Part shown: positions 9,660-17,930 of the stretch, in pieces
Layout: each line of letters opens with the position of its first letter
Numbering within the stretch: the first letter of the stretch is position 1
DNA from: Candidatus Levyibacteriota bacterium
Lineage (GTDB): Bacteria; Patescibacteriota; Microgenomatia; Levybacterales; UBA12049
Reading direction: 5' to 3'
Length of the DNA: 64,000 nt
Assembly (NCBI GenBank): GCA_029260905.1
Contig: JAJDCH010000014.1
Coordinates: 24,129 to 88,128 of the forward strand
Notes under the pieces: generated by a model
Seen by the model: the letters and a program-made list of their open reading frames with translations, nothing else
The model's database searches: none
What the model was told of the DNA's origin: nothing
Program-made: the position numbers and the translations under genes

Positions 9660-10634
9660 ATGCAGTTTAAAAAATTTATAAAATATATAAGTAAAATCAT
9701 TTTTTTCTCAGTTGTCTTTGCTTTTTTGGCTTGGCTCTTGATTGGTCGGAATATTGAAAATGGTTCACCACTTTCCCCTCTTCCAGACTTTTTAACACTA
9801 AGCAAGAATAAGCAAGTCAGATTTTTAGATTTGTGGTTTCCAGCTCTTGAAAAAAAAGATGTTGCAGGATTTGATACCTCATTCTTTACAGCGGAATCAG
9901 CAATTGTTTACGACCTGACAGATAATAAAACAATTTTTGAAAAAAATCCTACAAAAAAATTAGCCATGGCATCTATTACTAAAATAATGACTGCTATTGT
10001 AGCCATAGAAAATAAAAAAAACGATGATAAATACCTGGTGAAAAAAGAAAATCTGGTGGGAGAGAATGTAATGGGACTTGATATAGGAGAGGTGCTTTCT
10101 CTGGAAGATTTGCTTTATGGACTTATTCTTCCATCGGGAAATGATGCTGCTGAAGTTCTCGCGTCAAATTTTCCAACAGGAAGAAGAGGATTTATAAAAG
10201 CTATGAATGACAAAGCAAGATCAATGGGCCTTTTTAATACAGTATTTAGCAATCCGTCAGGACTCCAGGGTGATGGTCTTCAGCAGACAACTACTGAAGA
10301 TTTGGTGGTTATTACCAAATATGGACTTGAGAATCATCCGCTTTTTGCAGAAGTTGTTGCTACTCCAGAGCATCAAATTCCAAAAACATATGATCATAAG
10401 TCTTATTATTTATATAATGAAACAAATCTATTGACAACATATGAGGGTGTAAAAGGTGTAAAAACAGGTTATACACCTGAGGCAGGATTTTGTTTGGTTA
10501 CTTACATTGATTATGGTGGTCATGAACTAATAGCAGTGATTCTCAATAGTGAAAATAGAAGAGAGGAGATGATAGAACTGCTTGATTTTTCTTTAAATTC
10601 CCTTGGCATAGCTCCACCAAAGTACAGAGGATGA
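9660..10634 (+). CDS. D-alanyl-D-alanine carboxypeptidase (serine-type, S11/PBP5 family)
   Basis: All three PBP motifs are present: SxxK (ASITKIMT), SxN (LPSGND) and KTG (KTGYT). An N-terminal TM/signal segment is present. The ATG at 9660 avoids overlap with the convergent gene. Confidence 0.85.
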   Translation: MQFKKFIKYISKIIFFSVVFAFLAWLLIGRNIENGSPLSPLPDFLTLSKNKQVRFLDLWFPALEKKDVAGFDTSFFTAESAIVYDLTDNKTIFEKNPTKKLAMASITKIMTAIVAIENKKNDDKYLVKKENLVGENVMGLDIGEVLSLEDLLYGLILPSGNDAAEVLASNFPTGRRGFIKAMNDKARSMGLFNTVFSNPSGLQGDGLQQTTTEDLVVITKYGLENHPLFAEVVATPEHQIPKTYDHKSYYLYNETNLLTTYEGVKGVKTGYTPEAGFCLVTYIDYGGHELIAVILNSENRREEMIELLDFSLNSLGIAPPKYRG

Positions 10635-10636
10635 TG

Positions 10637-10707
10637 AGCGGGTGAAGGGAATCGAACCCTCGTATGCAGATTGGAAATCTGCTGTTCTACCATTGAACTA
10701 CACCCGC
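10637..10707 (-). tRNA. tRNA-Gly (anticodon TCC)
   Basis: It forms a manual cloverleaf with acceptor gcgggtg/cacccgc, anticodon loop tttCCaa (TCC), a 4-nt variable loop, T-loop ttcgatt and discriminator U. No CCA is encoded. Confidence 0.85.
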
Positions 10708-10780
10708 ATATTCAGATCTATATTTTATAATAATTGAGGTTTTAATACAACTGAGGTATAATATATTTCTGGTTGTTTAT

Positions 10781-10863
10781 GCCGCGGTGGTGGAACGGTA
10801 GACACAGGGGCCTTAAGAGCCCCCGTCCGCAAGGGCGTGAGAGTTCGATTCTCTCCCGCGGCA
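10781..10863 (+). tRNA. tRNA-Leu (anticodon TAA), type II with a long variable arm
   Basis: The acceptor is gccgcgg/ccgcggc, the anticodon stem-loop is ggggc-ctTAAga-gcccc, the long variable arm is cgtccgcaagggcg, and the T-loop is ttcgatt. Confidence 0.85.
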
Positions 10864-10870
10864 CCCCGCT

Positions 10871-10896
10871 GACTAATAGCTTAATAGCTATTAGTC
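10871..10896. repeat. Perfect 10-bp inverted repeat (GACTAATAGC ttaata GCTATTAGTC) between tRNA-Leu and tRNA-Pro
   Basis: Direct inspection shows the arms at 10871-10880 and 10887-10896 are exact reverse complements. No U-run follows. Confidence 0.5.
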
Positions 10897-10913
10897 ATTG
10901 GCTAAATTAAATT

Positions 10914-10990
10914 CGGGGAGTAGCTCAGTTGGCTAGAGCGCGCGGTTTGGGACCGTGAGGTCGGAGGTTCGAGTCCTCTCTCCCCGACCA
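10914..10990 (+). tRNA. tRNA-Pro (anticodon TGG), CCA encoded
   Basis: The acceptor is cggggag/ctccccg, the D-arm is gctc-agttggcta-gagc, the anticodon stem-loop is cgcgg-tttGGGa-ccgtg, and the T-loop is ttcgagt. The 3' ACCA is encoded. Confidence 0.9.
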
Positions 10991-10997
10991 ATATATT

Positions 10998-11606
10998 ATG
11001 AGTCGAGTCACAGATAATTATAAAAAACATACTGTTGGTTATTCTTTTTGGCAATTCAAATTTTTGCAAAAACTATTAATCGATAACTACTTATTCATCC
11101 TTCTTCGAGAGGTAAAAAACCTCAAGCCTGAAAACGTACTAGAAGTTGGATGTGGTGAGGGGTTTATTCTTGAAAAGTTAAAAAATGAAAAGGCTTGTAA
11201 AAAACTATTTGGAGTTGATATCTCAAAGGATGCAATAAATTTAGCAAAAAAAATACACCCTGGCCTTGACCTCAAAGAAGGGAATATCTATAATCTCCCC
11301 TATAAAGATAACTCTTTTGATTTAGTGATTTGCGCTGAGGTTCTTGAGCATCTTGAAAAACCGATTGACGCGATGAATGAAATAAAAAGAGTCTGCAAAA
11401 AAAATCTACTACTTTCAGTTCCAAATGAACCTCTTTTTAGAATTGGAAATTTTACAAGAGGCAAGAACTGGTCAAGATTTGGTAATGACATAGATCACAT
11501 TCAGCATTGGTCAGAGAATAGTTTTAGGAAATTTGTAGGCAAATTTCTGAAGGTTAAAAAGGTTGTTACTCCCCTGCCATGGATATTTGTGATTGCTGAA
11601 AAATAA
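10998..11606 (+). CDS. Class I SAM-dependent methyltransferase
   Basis: It has motif I VLEVGCGEGF and motif II/III DLVICAEVLEHLEKP. The ATG lies 7 nt after the tRNA-Pro 3' end, with no Shine-Dalgarno sequence. Confidence 0.8.
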   Translation: MSRVTDNYKKHTVGYSFWQFKFLQKLLIDNYLFILLREVKNLKPENVLEVGCGEGFILEKLKNEKACKKLFGVDISKDAINLAKKIHPGLDLKEGNIYNLPYKDNSFDLVICAEVLEHLEKPIDAMNEIKRVCKKNLLLSVPNEPLFRIGNFTRGKNWSRFGNDIDHIQHWSENSFRKFVGKFLKVKKVVTPLPWIFVIAEK

Positions 11607-12602
11607 TTATTTTTTCGCCTCAAGACTCTGGAGAATAACAATTATAAATGAAACAAAAGGAATAGCTAGAAGTGCTCCTGATATTCCCATCAAATTTGCA
11701 CCAGTTATCACAGCAAGAATCACAACAACAGGATTAAGGCCAACTGCGCGTTCCATTATTTTGGGAACTAGGAAATTGTTTTCAATTGCCTGTATCAGAA
11801 GATAAAGAATAATCACAATTACTGCCAATTGAGGTGAGATGGTAAGCGCAACGATTACAGCGGGGATAGCAGATAGGATGGGTCCAAGAGTTGGTATGAC
11901 CTCAAGAATCCCTGCAAGAAGTGCAAGGGGCAATGGGTCTGGTATCCCGATAAGTGTCAAGCCAATCCATGAAAAAACACCTATAAAAACACTAAGAACT
12001 ACTTGTCCCCTTACCCAAGCGCCAAGTTTTTCGTTAATCTGGTCAAGTGTCTTGAGAATAAATGTATGCCGATGTGGCTGAAAAAGATCAGCAAACCATT
12101 TTTTAAAAGATTCATGATAAAGAAGAAGGTAAAAACTAACGATAAGAATGGTAAGAAAAGAAAACAATCCTCCAAATACTTTGGTTGTGAAAGAAAAAGC
12201 TCCCTCACCAACTTTTCCTAATTGCCCGCTGAGATTAAGTGTTTGTTCAAGTTGTCTTGGGTCAAAAGCAAATCCAAAAGTTGATGCGGATTGATCTATG
12301 TATCTTGGCAGTCCTTTCACAAGAGCTGATATTTGTTCAATTGTAAACGGAACAAGCGGAAATACAATTAAAATTATTGAAAGCAGTATGCCTAAGTATG
12401 GGATGAGAACCGCAAGCACGTTTGGTAGTTTTTTTATTTTAAGATAATCAACAATCGGAAGAATAGCTGCCATTATAATATAAGAGATAAATATAGAAAC
12501 TAAAATTCCTCGTACATGAAATACAAGCCAGCCCAACACAATCGCAAAAAGTGCGAACATTACCTGATTAGCAAGAAGATATTTTATAAATCTCTGTAGC
12601 AT
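11607..12602 (-). CDS. AI-2E family transporter (UPF0118, PerM/YdiK-like)
   Basis: It has 7-8 TM helices. The C-terminal region GANLMGISGALLAIPFVSFIIV is typical of AI-2E. Confidence 0.8.
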   Translation of the reverse strand: MLQRFIKYLLANQVMFALFAIVLGWLVFHVRGILVSIFISYIIMAAILPIVDYLKIKKLPNVLAVLIPYLGILLSIILIVFPLVPFTIEQISALVKGLPRYIDQSASTFGFAFDPRQLEQTLNLSGQLGKVGEGAFSFTTKVFGGLFSFLTILIVSFYLLLYHESFKKWFADLFQPHRHTFILKTLDQINEKLGAWVRGQVVLSVFIGVFSWIGLTLIGIPDPLPLALLAGILEVIPTLGPILSAIPAVIVALTISPQLAVIVIILYLLIQAIENNFLVPKIMERAVGLNPVVVILAVITGANLMGISGALLAIPFVSFIIVILQSLEAKK

Positions 12603-12654
12603 AGCTTGACTATATGAGAATTAGAAGCTTTTGTCAATTAGAAATGGGTTTGTA

Positions 12655-12728
12655 GTACGCCCAGAGGGATTCGAACCCCCGACCATGTCGTTAGAACCGA
12701 CGTGCTCTATCCAACTGAGCTATGGGCG
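12655..12728 (-). tRNA. tRNA-Arg (anticodon TCT). The call is tentative because of a C-A mismatch at 27-43 and G at position 32.
   Basis: The acceptor is gcgccca/tgggcgt with G1-U72. The D-arm is gctc-agttggata-gagc (cf. argU), the anticodon loop is gtTCTaa, and the T-loop is ttcgaat. Confidence 0.7.
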
Positions 12729-12816
12729 CATAAAGCTATTTTACCAATTACGCCTACAAGTTGCAATAAGATATCCTATAGTTGAAAATTTGATAAAATT
12801 TTGCTATACTTCAGGC

Positions 12817-13374
12817 ATGAAAGAAGTAAAGATATCTGCTATTGACTTACTGGCATATCCTGATTTTGAAGCAAGTGTGTTTGATAATGGAAAAAAACTT
12901 CATGCTAGGCAATTGGAATTAAGAAATGGTTGGGATCGAAGAATAGAAAATATTTCAAGGGAACCAGGGGTTATTTTGGTTTATTTTTCTATACTTGATA
13001 TCAACCAGATATCTAGTGGTTGGAAGAGCAGTGACTCATTGTTATCAGCTATTGAAAAAGAGGAGATTAAAAGACAACAAAAGTATAATAATCTCCTTAG
13101 AGAAAGGCTTCTTATTATTCCAAGAGATGTGCCCGTTACCAAAGATCTTCTTGGTAAAAAATTGAAGCAAAATGGGCTAATATTTAGCCCAGAAAATTCT
13201 AGGTTGACAGCTTATGGTGAATATACAGAAAATGGAGTAGTGGGCAGGAGAAATGATGTTCGAGTTGCTCTTGGGATATCTGGTATCCATATTGGAACAG
13301 ATTGTGATTTATCTTTATCTATTGAGCAGCAAAGACAGATAACACGTTGGAGAGCAAGAAATAGAGACGAGTAA
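12817..13374 (+). CDS. Hypothetical protein (185 aa), first gene of a three-gene operon
   Basis: The start is set at the first ATG (12817) downstream of the tRNA-Arg gene, because the annotated N-terminus from 12631 overlaps that tRNA. I recognise no domain. The gene is 3 nt upstream of the next gene. Confidence 0.45.
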   Translation: MKEVKISAIDLLAYPDFEASVFDNGKKLHARQLELRNGWDRRIENISREPGVILVYFSILDINQISSGWKSSDSLLSAIEKEEIKRQQKYNNLLRERLLIIPRDVPVTKDLLGKKLKQNGLIFSPENSRLTAYGEYTENGVVGRRNDVRVALGISGIHIGTDCDLSLSIEQQRQITRWRARNRDE

Positions 13375-13377
13375 AGT

Positions 13378-14616
13378 ATGAGAATTTTTAATTTAGAAAC
13401 TAGAAATAAAGATAGGAGTATTGTTCTTTCCGCTGATGTTGTTTTTGATGGGAAAAAGCCTGAGCGAATTTGGTTTGAGATTGAGGATATTCGTGTTGAA
13501 ACTCCAGCTATTGATTACACTCCATTTCTTGCATGTGTTCTTCTTCCCTGTCTCAAACTTGGTGAAAATATTTATATTGAAGGAAATGTTTCTGAAAAGT
13601 TTTTGGAGAAAACTAAAAAGTTGATGGATTTGGTAGTTGGATGGAAAGTGGGATTTAGAAAAATAACAATTGAAACAGCTCCATCCCAGCTTCTTTCTGA
13701 AAAAAGTACAAGTTTGAAAGGAGTGGGGACGTTTTTTTCTGGTGGGGTTGATTCGTTTTATACATATCTAAAGCACAAAAAAGAAATTACTGATCTTATT
13801 CTAATTCATGGATTTGATATACCACTTAAAAATAAGATTTTATCTGAAGAAACAAAAAAACAAATTGCAAAAATTGCAGAAAAAGAAAATTTAAAGTTTA
13901 TTATCGTCAAAACAAATGCCAAAGATATTCTTGAAAAATATTTGATTTGGGATTTTACACACGGAGGCGTGCTAGCTGCAGTTGGACTTTTGTTTGAAAA
14001 TAATTTAAAAAAAATATTTATTCCTGGATCTGTCAGAAAAGATGAACTTTTTCCATATGGCACACATCCTTTGCTTGACCCCCTTTGGTCAACAGAGAAA
14101 ATTAATTTCATTCATGACGGCACAGAATACAATAGGCTTGGCAAAATAATAAATAGTATTTCCAAGTCAAATCTGGCTCTTTCCAATCTTCGAGTCTGTA
14201 CAAAAAACATAAAGGGAAAATATAATTGTTCTGAATGCTATAAATGTCTTCAGACCATGATTGAATTGATAGTTGCAGGAATTTTTGAAAAAGCAAATAC
14301 TTTTGAACATCCTCTTGATCTTAAAAAAGTAAAAAATATGTACTATGACTATTCTCTTCATTATAATGATCAGGGAGAGGAAAACTTAAAAATCCTTAGA
14401 GAACAAAACCGTAAACCGGAATTGCAAAAGGCAATTGAGGAAAGTCTTAAAAAAAGTAGAGAGTTTTCTATGATTAGAACTGTTTCCAAAATTTTTTCTC
14501 AGTTCGATCAGAAATATATGGATAGAAAATTTTACAGATTTGTTTTTGGCATCAGCAATAATCAAGATAGAAATTTTGTTTTTAAATTTTTGATGAAAAT
14601 AGGTTTTTTGAAATAA
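13378..14616 (+). CDS. QueC-like PP-loop ATP pyrophosphatase with N- and C-terminal extensions (412 aa)
   Basis: The PP-loop SGGVDS lies at about residue 120 (FFSGGVDSFYTY). A downstream Cys cluster C-x10-C-x2-C-x2-C (RVCTKNIKGKYNCSECYKC) is spaced about 165 aa after the PP-loop, as the Zn site is in QueC. The extra ~110-aa N-terminal and C-terminal domains are unassigned. Confidence 0.55.
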   Translation: MRIFNLETRNKDRSIVLSADVVFDGKKPERIWFEIEDIRVETPAIDYTPFLACVLLPCLKLGENIYIEGNVSEKFLEKTKKLMDLVVGWKVGFRKITIETAPSQLLSEKSTSLKGVGTFFSGGVDSFYTYLKHKKEITDLILIHGFDIPLKNKILSEETKKQIAKIAEKENLKFIIVKTNAKDILEKYLIWDFTHGGVLAAVGLLFENNLKKIFIPGSVRKDELFPYGTHPLLDPLWSTEKINFIHDGTEYNRLGKIINSISKSNLALSNLRVCTKNIKGKYNCSECYKCLQTMIELIVAGIFEKANTFEHPLDLKKVKNMYYDYSLHYNDQGEENLKILREQNRKPELQKAIEESLKKSREFSMIRTVSKIFSQFDQKYMDRKFYRFVFGISNNQDRNFVFKFLMKIGFLK

Positions 14617-14617
14617 T

Positions 14618-15193
14618 ATGACGACACTTTTCGTACCACTTATTGTTAATATGTTGTTTGGGATATTTAGTCTTAAGATTTTTTGGATTGCTACAGAAAT
14701 TAGAGAATTCCCAAAACGTCTTAATTTTCAGATGTTCAAGACTAACTTTATTGAAATTATCATACTTGTTCTTCAGATTTTTGCATCAGTCTATACTCCT
14801 CTTCCACAAACGCCTTTTGATTCGCTAATTGTTATAACAGGAGTCTTAATGTATGTTGCTGGATTTGTGATTGCTGTTTGGGGAAAGGTGATAATGAGTG
14901 GTTCTTGGGGAATACCTGGTGTGCATGATAAAAAACAAGACGAACTAATTGTCGCTGGTCCTTTCAAATTTAGTCGAAATCCTATTTATGTTGGATTTAC
15001 GCTTTTGTATTTAGGGTTTGCTATTGCAATTAAAAGTTGGTTGGTGATACTTAGAATTCCTCTTATTTTTTATTTTTATAAATCAATCCTTAAGGAAGAA
15101 AAGCTTTTGGAGAAAAAGTTTGGAAGTAAGTATTTGGATTACAAGTCTAAAACTCCCCGCTTTATTTCTTTGAAAAAGAAAAAAAAGGCATAA
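14618..15193 (+). CDS. Isoprenylcysteine carboxyl methyltransferase (ICMT/PEMT-like) family membrane methyltransferase
   Basis: It has 4-5 TM helices. The C-terminal motif FKFSRNPIYVGFTLLYLGFAI matches the RHPxY-hyd-G signature of ICMT family enzymes. It starts 2 nt after the upstream gene. Confidence 0.7.
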   Translation: MTTLFVPLIVNMLFGIFSLKIFWIATEIREFPKRLNFQMFKTNFIEIIILVLQIFASVYTPLPQTPFDSLIVITGVLMYVAGFVIAVWGKVIMSGSWGIPGVHDKKQDELIVAGPFKFSRNPIYVGFTLLYLGFAIAIKSWLVILRIPLIFYFYKSILKEEKLLEKKFGSKYLDYKSKTPRFISLKKKKKA

Positions 15194-16484
15194 GTAGATA
15201 TGCCAGAAGATCAACTCCGATATATTTTGCAAAAAGATCCTGCTTTTTTTTATTGTCATAAGCTTTTTTGTAGTCAATAGTATCTTTTGCAATAGTGTAG
15301 TAAAGAGGCGGAAGCCAATTGTTTGGAAAAAGCTTATGTAGCAGGGTGTCAATCTTGTCTTTGGCAATTGAAAAAGGCTTTTTATTTTTTTCTCTTAGTT
15401 CAATAAAATTTTCTCTTGAAAGCGCTGCCAAAACATCGGTATTTGGCTTTCTGGTGTCCTGATATTTTTTGAAAGCATCTTCAAGAGAGGATGTATTATC
15501 GATCAGGTCTCTTAGAAGCAAACAATCATCAAAAGCAGCACAGGTTCCCTGTCCGTAAAATGGTATTACTCCATGAGCGCTATCACCAACAAGTACAAAG
15601 CTTTTTAAATACCAGTTGTTAGTAAGAACTGTTACAAATGATCCTGTTGGTTTTTTTATAAAGCTTTCAGTAATTTGACTTGAAAGATCAGTTAGGTCTG
15701 GAAAATTTTTATCTAGATAGGTTTTTATAAAAGGTTCGCTTATAAGTTCTTCAAAACTATTTATGCCTTTGAGGGGAAGATTAAACATAAGTGTAAATGT
15801 TTTGTCAGGATTTGGAAAGGCAAGAAGAAGAGAATTTTTTCTTGGCCAGGTGTGGGTTGAATTGTTTCTTAAGTTTAGTTTTGTTGCTGTTTGCTCAGAA
15901 ATATTTACTTCTTTGTATCCCCAGTCTTCGTAAGTTCGCGCTTCTGATTTGTCACTTTTCTCATTTTTAATATTTGTTCTGACAAAAGAATTTACCCCAT
16001 CTGCGCCTATTATTATATCTGCTGAATCTGAAAAATGACCAGATATTTTTTCAAGCACTATTGTTTTGTTAAGAAAATCAATTCTTTGGCATTTTGTGTT
16101 GAAGTAGATTTTGATATTTTCTTTTTTTTCAATTAAGTTAAGGAAAGTTGAATTGAGATTATTCCTGTGAATAGTAAAAAGCACTTCTTTGCCTGATGTG
16201 TCAAACGATGTGAATTGTGGCTTTTTGTTTAAAAAATGCGCAACGTTTCCCTCGGCAAGAATAGTATGCTTTGCTACTTCGTCCCAGATGTTTATGCGTT
16301 TTAAAGCTAAGATACTTCTGTAGTAAAGCGTGAGGTTGTATGAGCGTCCAGATATCTCAGGGTAATGTCTTATGTCTTCACCTGCTTCATAGATATTTAT
16401 ATCGTATTTTTTGCTATCCAAACAAAGCGCCATGAAACACCCTGCTAGCCCACCGCCAATAATAATTATTTTCTTTTTTATCAT
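15162..16484 (-). CDS. FAD-dependent monooxygenase (kynurenine 3-monooxygenase-like / UbiH family)
   Basis: The N-terminus has the GxGxxG Rossmann motif KIIIIGGGLAGCFMALCL. The motif GDSAHGVIPFYGQGTCAAFDDC is the FAD monooxygenase DG/GD signature. The C-terminus is hydrophobic. The 3' end overlaps the convergent ICMT gene by 32 bp. Confidence 0.8.
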   Translation of the reverse strand: MIKKKIIIIGGGLAGCFMALCLDSKKYDINIYEAGEDIRHYPEISGRSYNLTLYYRSILALKRINIWDEVAKHTILAEGNVAHFLNKKPQFTSFDTSGKEVLFTIHRNNLNSTFLNLIEKKENIKIYFNTKCQRIDFLNKTIVLEKISGHFSDSADIIIGADGVNSFVRTNIKNEKSDKSEARTYEDWGYKEVNISEQTATKLNLRNNSTHTWPRKNSLLLAFPNPDKTFTLMFNLPLKGINSFEELISEPFIKTYLDKNFPDLTDLSSQITESFIKKPTGSFVTVLTNNWYLKSFVLVGDSAHGVIPFYGQGTCAAFDDCLLLRDLIDNTSSLEDAFKKYQDTRKPNTDVLAALSRENFIELREKNKKPFSIAKDKIDTLLHKLFPNNWLPPLYYTIAKDTIDYKKAYDNKKKQDLFAKYIGVDLLAYLLMPFFSFSKK

Positions 16485-16498
16485 GTTATAATATTAAA

Positions 16499-16864
16499 AT
16501 GAACCCCCTTATTACTATAAAAGGAAATGTGATAGATGGCAAGAAGCGCGGCAAGGATTTTGGATTTCCAACTGCGAATTTAAAACCTGAAATAACTTTG
16601 CCTGAGGGTGTTTTCGTATCTGAGACTATTGTAGCTAAAAATGTATATAAGTCAGTTACTTTTATTGGAGCAGCAAGAACCTTTAATGAGTCAGATATTA
16701 TAGTTGAAACATATATTATTGATTTTAGTCAGGATATCTATGGTTTGGAAATCGAGGTTAATTTATTGAAAAAAATAAGAGATAATGTGAGGTTTAACAA
16801 CAAAGAAGATTTGATAGCGCAAATGAAAAAAGATGAGGCAGAAACAGTTAGGTTTTTTAATTAG
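16499..16864 (+). CDS. Stand-alone riboflavin kinase (RFK domain only, 121 aa)
   Basis: GKKRGKDFGFPTANL matches the RFK signature GxxxGRxLGFPTAN. No FAD-synthetase (FMN adenylyltransferase) domain is attached. Confidence 0.7.
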   Translation: MNPLITIKGNVIDGKKRGKDFGFPTANLKPEITLPEGVFVSETIVAKNVYKSVTFIGAARTFNESDIIVETYIIDFSQDIYGLEIEVNLLKKIRDNVRFNNKEDLIAQMKKDEAETVRFFN

Positions 16865-17930
16865 TATAACCCATGGTAAGTAGATCTCTGTCAATTTTTT
16901 TGTAAATAACATTTTTTAATTTTATAGCATCAGCTATTTTTTCGACACCTTTTCCTGAAATTGCAGAAACAGATTCTTTTCCACCAATCAGAATTGGCGA
17001 ATGAAAAATGTATACTTTGTCAATAAGTTTTTCATCAATAAAACTTCCAATTACTTCTCCCCCGCCCTCAACAAGAACGCTGAGAATATTTCTTTTTTTT
17101 AGTTCATTTAACAAAGTTCTAATAATTATTTTATCGCTTTTAAATTTGATAAAATCTATTCCTATTTTTATTAACGCCTTTTCATTTTTAGCATCTGCTT
17201 TATTTGTTGTGACAATAATTATATTTTTATCTCTTAAGACATCTGACTTAAGAGGAATTTTTAGAGTGGAATCAAGGATTATTCGAGTTGGGTTTTTTTT
17301 GTTTTTAGACTTTGTTCCAAGATTGGGATTATCTGCTAGAACTGTATTTATGCCAATTAAAATTGACTGATATTCTCCTCTAAGGCTTAAGGCAAATTTT
17401 CGGGATTTTTGATTGCTAATCCATTTAGAATCTTGCGTTTTTGTCGCGATTTTGCCATCAAGACTTGAAGCAAATTTGATAGCAACAAAAGGTCTTTCTT
17501 TTTCAAAAAAACTAAAAAAGGCTTCATTTAAAATCTTTGCTTCTTCTTCAAGAATGCCAATAGATGTAGTTATTCCTGCTTTTTTTAATTTTTCAATTCC
17601 CTCTCCAGATACTTTAGGATTTGGATCAAGCGTTGAGCATATAACTTTTTTGATGCCCGATCTTATTATTAAATCAACACAAGGTGGAGTTTTTCCAGAG
17701 TGACTACATGGTTCAAGATTTACATAAAGTGTTGACCCAGTTAATTTTTCCTTGCAATTTTTAATTGCTTCTACTTCTGCATGATATGAGCCAAATTTTT
17801 TATGAAAGCCATTGGAAATTATTTTGTCATTTTTAACAATAATAGCTCCAACCATTGGATTGGGATTGGTGTGACCGAGTGCTTTTTTTGCAAGTTTAAA
17901 AGTTTGATTTAGGTAAAATTGATCTGTCAT
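16857..17930 (-). CDS. ribD: Bifunctional diaminohydroxyphosphoribosylaminopyrimidine deaminase / 5-amino-6-(5-phosphoribosylamino)uracil reductase
   Basis: The CMP/dCMP deaminase zinc motifs HAEVEAI and LYVNLEPCSHSGKTPPC are present. A C-terminal RibD reductase domain follows. Confidence 0.9.
   Translation of the reverse strand: MTDQFYLNQTFKLAKKALGHTNPNPMVGAIIVKNDKIISNGFHKKFGSYHAEVEAIKNCKEKLTGSTLYVNLEPCSHSGKTPPCVDLIIRSGIKKVICSTLDPNPKVSGEGIEKLKKAGITTSIGILEEEAKILNEAFFSFFEKERPFVAIKFASSLDGKIATKTQDSKWISNQKSRKFALSLRGEYQSILIGINTVLADNPNLGTKSKNKKNPTRIILDSTLKIPLKSDVLRDKNIIIVTTNKADAKNEKALIKIGIDFIKFKSDKIIIRTLLNELKKRNILSVLVEGGGEVIGSFIDEKLIDKVYIFHSPILIGGKESVSAISGKGVEKIADAIKLKNVIYKKIDRDLLTMGYTN

Noticed and set aside
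11593-12221. Cluster of small ORFs (11593..11805, 11839..12081, 12003..12221 and 12011..12211)
   Set aside because: All lie within, and mostly antisense to, the AI-2E transporter gene 11607..12602. They are low-complexity translations without start signals.
12631-12816. The N-terminal 62 codons of the annotated ORF 12631..13374 (MSIRNGFVVRPEGFEPPTMS...)
   Set aside because: The minus-strand tRNA-Arg (12655..12728) lies entirely inside this segment. The translation (GFEPP, a reverse-strand read of a T-arm) is a classic tRNA-antisense artefact. The CDS start was moved to the ATG at 12817.
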